64,000 nt of DNA from Paragordius varius (taxonomy: Eukaryota > Animalia > Nematomorpha): NCBI GenBank assembly GCA_964247055.1, contig OZ176050.1:4464001-4528000 (forward strand), written 5' to 3'. This document shows positions 61,549 to 64,000 of the stretch, in pieces. The position numbers were made by a program, and so were the translations under genes. Each line of letters opens with the position of its first letter. Position 1 is the stretch's first letter. The notes below the pieces were generated by a model. It did no database searches. It was not told where the DNA came from and worked only from the letters and a program-made list of their open reading frames with translations.

Positions 61549-63485
61549 GCATAAATAGATATATATATATATATATATATAACATCAATATTGTATATTT
61601 CTTTTTGCCAAAAAGAAAATAATAAAAAGAATGATATTTTTGGAGCCATGGTTCCGGTTCTGAAAAAATGTTTTAGACATGATATTTAATTCCAAAACAT
61701 TATTTAAATTAAAAACCTGTTTAACCCTGGATTAAATTCATTTATTTGAATGTTTTACTTTATATTAACAGATATAATGATTAGCGATTACCAGAGAATT
61801 ATCATTTTGCTTATACAGAACTCATGGATTGATCGCACATCCTCTTTATACTATAACTATCGTCACATAGTAAAAACCCATTTCAGACTATCTACGTGAC
61901 CAAAAGATTTTGGTTGATAGTTAATATCCTTTATTCATTACCTGCCAAACAAAGTAAAATTTTAAATGGATAATTTTTCAAAGTACCGTACAAGTCTGCT
62001 GCTCTGAAAATCAAATGCGATACAGGCGGATGGCCGATAAGTTTTTGGTTTTAAACCCTTTATAAAATAATCGATCGGCGAATTAGGTTAATTATATAAT
62101 ATTTTTAAAATTTAAAAAAACAAAACGTTTAAATTAAAATTCTGAGCTAATATAAATCAATCTCATGAAGTTTTCTAGATAATTATTATTATACCATTTG
62201 CACCATGCTTTAATATACCATAATACACTAAATTTTGTTATAAATAAATTTTTTAAGCAAAATATGATATCCATTTTAAAACTAAATTTTGGTAGCGATT
62301 CGCTTTTATTTTAAGAAAAACCATTTTGGTTAAAAAAATTGACTTCTGCCATTTAAAAATTAATATTAAAAAAAATTGTTTTTTATGTAATTTATGATAT
62401 AAGTGATATTTTTGGAAGACATTTAGCTTGCAACAAAAAAATTTATTTAACCAAATGTGCACAAATTTCGCCCTTTTCTGCTCCGGCGGGGGCATTCAAA
62501 AAATATATGGGCATATAAAATATTTTTTAGATTTTAAAGCTACATTACCTCTTCACTTTTTTGTTTTAAATACATTTTGGGGTAGTTTTATATCCCGCAG
62601 TACAATTTTGTAAATGAACTACAGTTTTGATGGTTATTTTAGATAAATAATTATCAAACATATTTATCATGTATTAAAAACTATATTTTTACAGTTTTGT
62701 GACTAAAAGTAAAATTGGCACAGCTTTTAAAGATAGAAATGAACAGCTGATATATAATAAATCAAATATTAGCCGATAAAAAGCAGCCCTAGATTTAAGT
62801 TAATTATTTAAATTTTCTAACCATATACATCTATTTGCCTGTCGCATTAGCCATTAAAAAGTTATTGAAAAAATGGCAAAATAGTTTGAAATGATGATTT
62901 TTTTACTATTTTACAATTAAAAAAATTTTTTGTATAATGCACCTAAAGGACGAAAGAAAGGATATATTTTAATTGGTCTTAATAATACCTTAAAGATTTA
63001 ATAGGATATTCAAATTATAAATGATTCCGATATAAAAAAATACCCCATAAGGTAATAAAGTTTTAACATAAGATTGTAAATCTACTATTTATTTAATTTT
63101 TGCTATAGTTCATTATGTTTCACAATATAATTTTACTTAAATTTCCTAACATTTGCATTTATGACATCTCGCGGGCTGGAAAAATAATTCAAAGGTCGGG
63201 GCGCTTTTTGAACACCCCTGTATTAGAACATAATATAATTTAAATGGTTGCAAATCAATAAATTGAGGTCTAACTTCCGTTTAATAAATCGGCATTTAGC
63301 AACACAAATTTATAATAGAATGTGAAAAATAAAAATCGATCTGATAATTTCCCTATAAATATATAGAAATCAATGTAAGTTGAAAAAAATTTTAACATTT
63401 TATTAAATTATTTTTTATTACAAATATTTTTTACTTGATGTGCATATAAATATAAGATATAAATATCATCTTTACACCTTTTAAC

Positions 63486-64000
63486 ATGAAGCTTTTCCTA
63501 CGCTCAGCATCTCAAAAATTAACAGTTCTTGATGTTTGCCCTGCTGATAAAATAGGAGGAGTGATAGTAAGATTTATTTTAATTTTAGGATATCACCTCC
63601 GATAGTTATGTTTCCTTGAATGGTCAACCACTAAATTCTGAACTTTCTTTTGAATCCTACGACATAAACGAGTATTCAACTGTGGATGTTTTACAACAAA
63701 TAAATGGAGGTTTGTATTTTATTATGTGATGATATTGTCTCGTTCGTATGAACTAATGATTGTTGATTAACCCTGATTTATTTCGTTTTTTATATATTTA
63801 TATGATGAAACTATTAATATTCATATTACTTTACAGGCAAAGTTCACGGATCTTTAGCTCGTGCTGGTAAAGTTAAAGGGCAAACACCAAAAGTTGAAAA
63901 ACAAGAAAAAAAGAAAGCCAAAACTGGCAGAGCTAAACGCAGAATTCAGTACAATAGGCGATTTGTTAACATTGTTGCTGACGGCCGTATGAAAAAGCGA
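63486..64000 (+). CDS. FAU: FAU: ubiquitin-like FUBI fused to 40S ribosomal protein eS30 (3' end beyond window)
   Basis: Exons 63486-63566, 63589-63709, 63837-end. Protein MKLFLRS...QINGG then [42 protein letters not shown] (RPS30). The second intron splits the GG junction in phase 1, as I recall for other FAU genes. Confidence 0.95.
63567..63588 (+). other. 22-nt GT-AG micro-intron (FAU intron 1, phase 0)
   Basis: gtaagatttattttaattttag, with a near-consensus GTAAG donor and TTTTAG acceptor. The unspliced frame stops at TAG shortly after; the spliced frame continues to ..LNGQPL..QINGG. Confidence 0.75.
63722..63780 (+). ncRNA. Intronic box C/D snoRNA, predicted guide for the 18S rRNA 2'-O-methyl-A equivalent to human Am1383
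   Basis: C box GTGATGA 63726-63732. Guide GTCTCGTTCGT 63737-63747 is the exact reverse complement of conserved 18S ACGAACGAGAC. D' ATGA 63748-63751, C'-like ATGATT 63756-63761, D box CTGA 63773-63776. It lies in a ribosomal protein intron about 60 nt upstream of the 3' splice site. Confidence 0.8.

Overview
Very AT-rich eukaryotic genomic DNA from an animal, probably a protostome invertebrate (the taxon cannot be fixed from sequence alone). I reconstructed five protein-coding genes by hand. (1) An 18-exon minus-strand gene (10076-20328, ~872 aa) with an N-terminal AT-hook and a QSER1/PRR12-type (DUF4211-like) core. (2) An intronless NEDD8 E2, UBE2M/Ubc12 (26035-26586). (3) A 13-exon class C GPCR of the mangetout/mXR type (29718-51320, minus, 1791 aa) with a ~630-aa N-terminal extension. 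(4) An intronless PAICS nested antisense inside intron 5 of that GPCR. (5) FAU (FUBI-RPS30), cut off at the window end, whose second intron holds a box C/D snoRNA complementary to 18S rRNA. The strongest signal is five GT-AG micro-introns of 22-28 nt, four consecutive in gene 1 and one in FAU. They coexist with introns up to 7.8 kb and dense non-autonomous transposons (Helitron-like elements with internal ~310-bp tandem arrays, Tc1-like, hAT-like and TTAA-bounded MITEs, and an RTE-like LINE remnant). All gene models and family assignments come from manual reading and remembered motifs, not from database searches.
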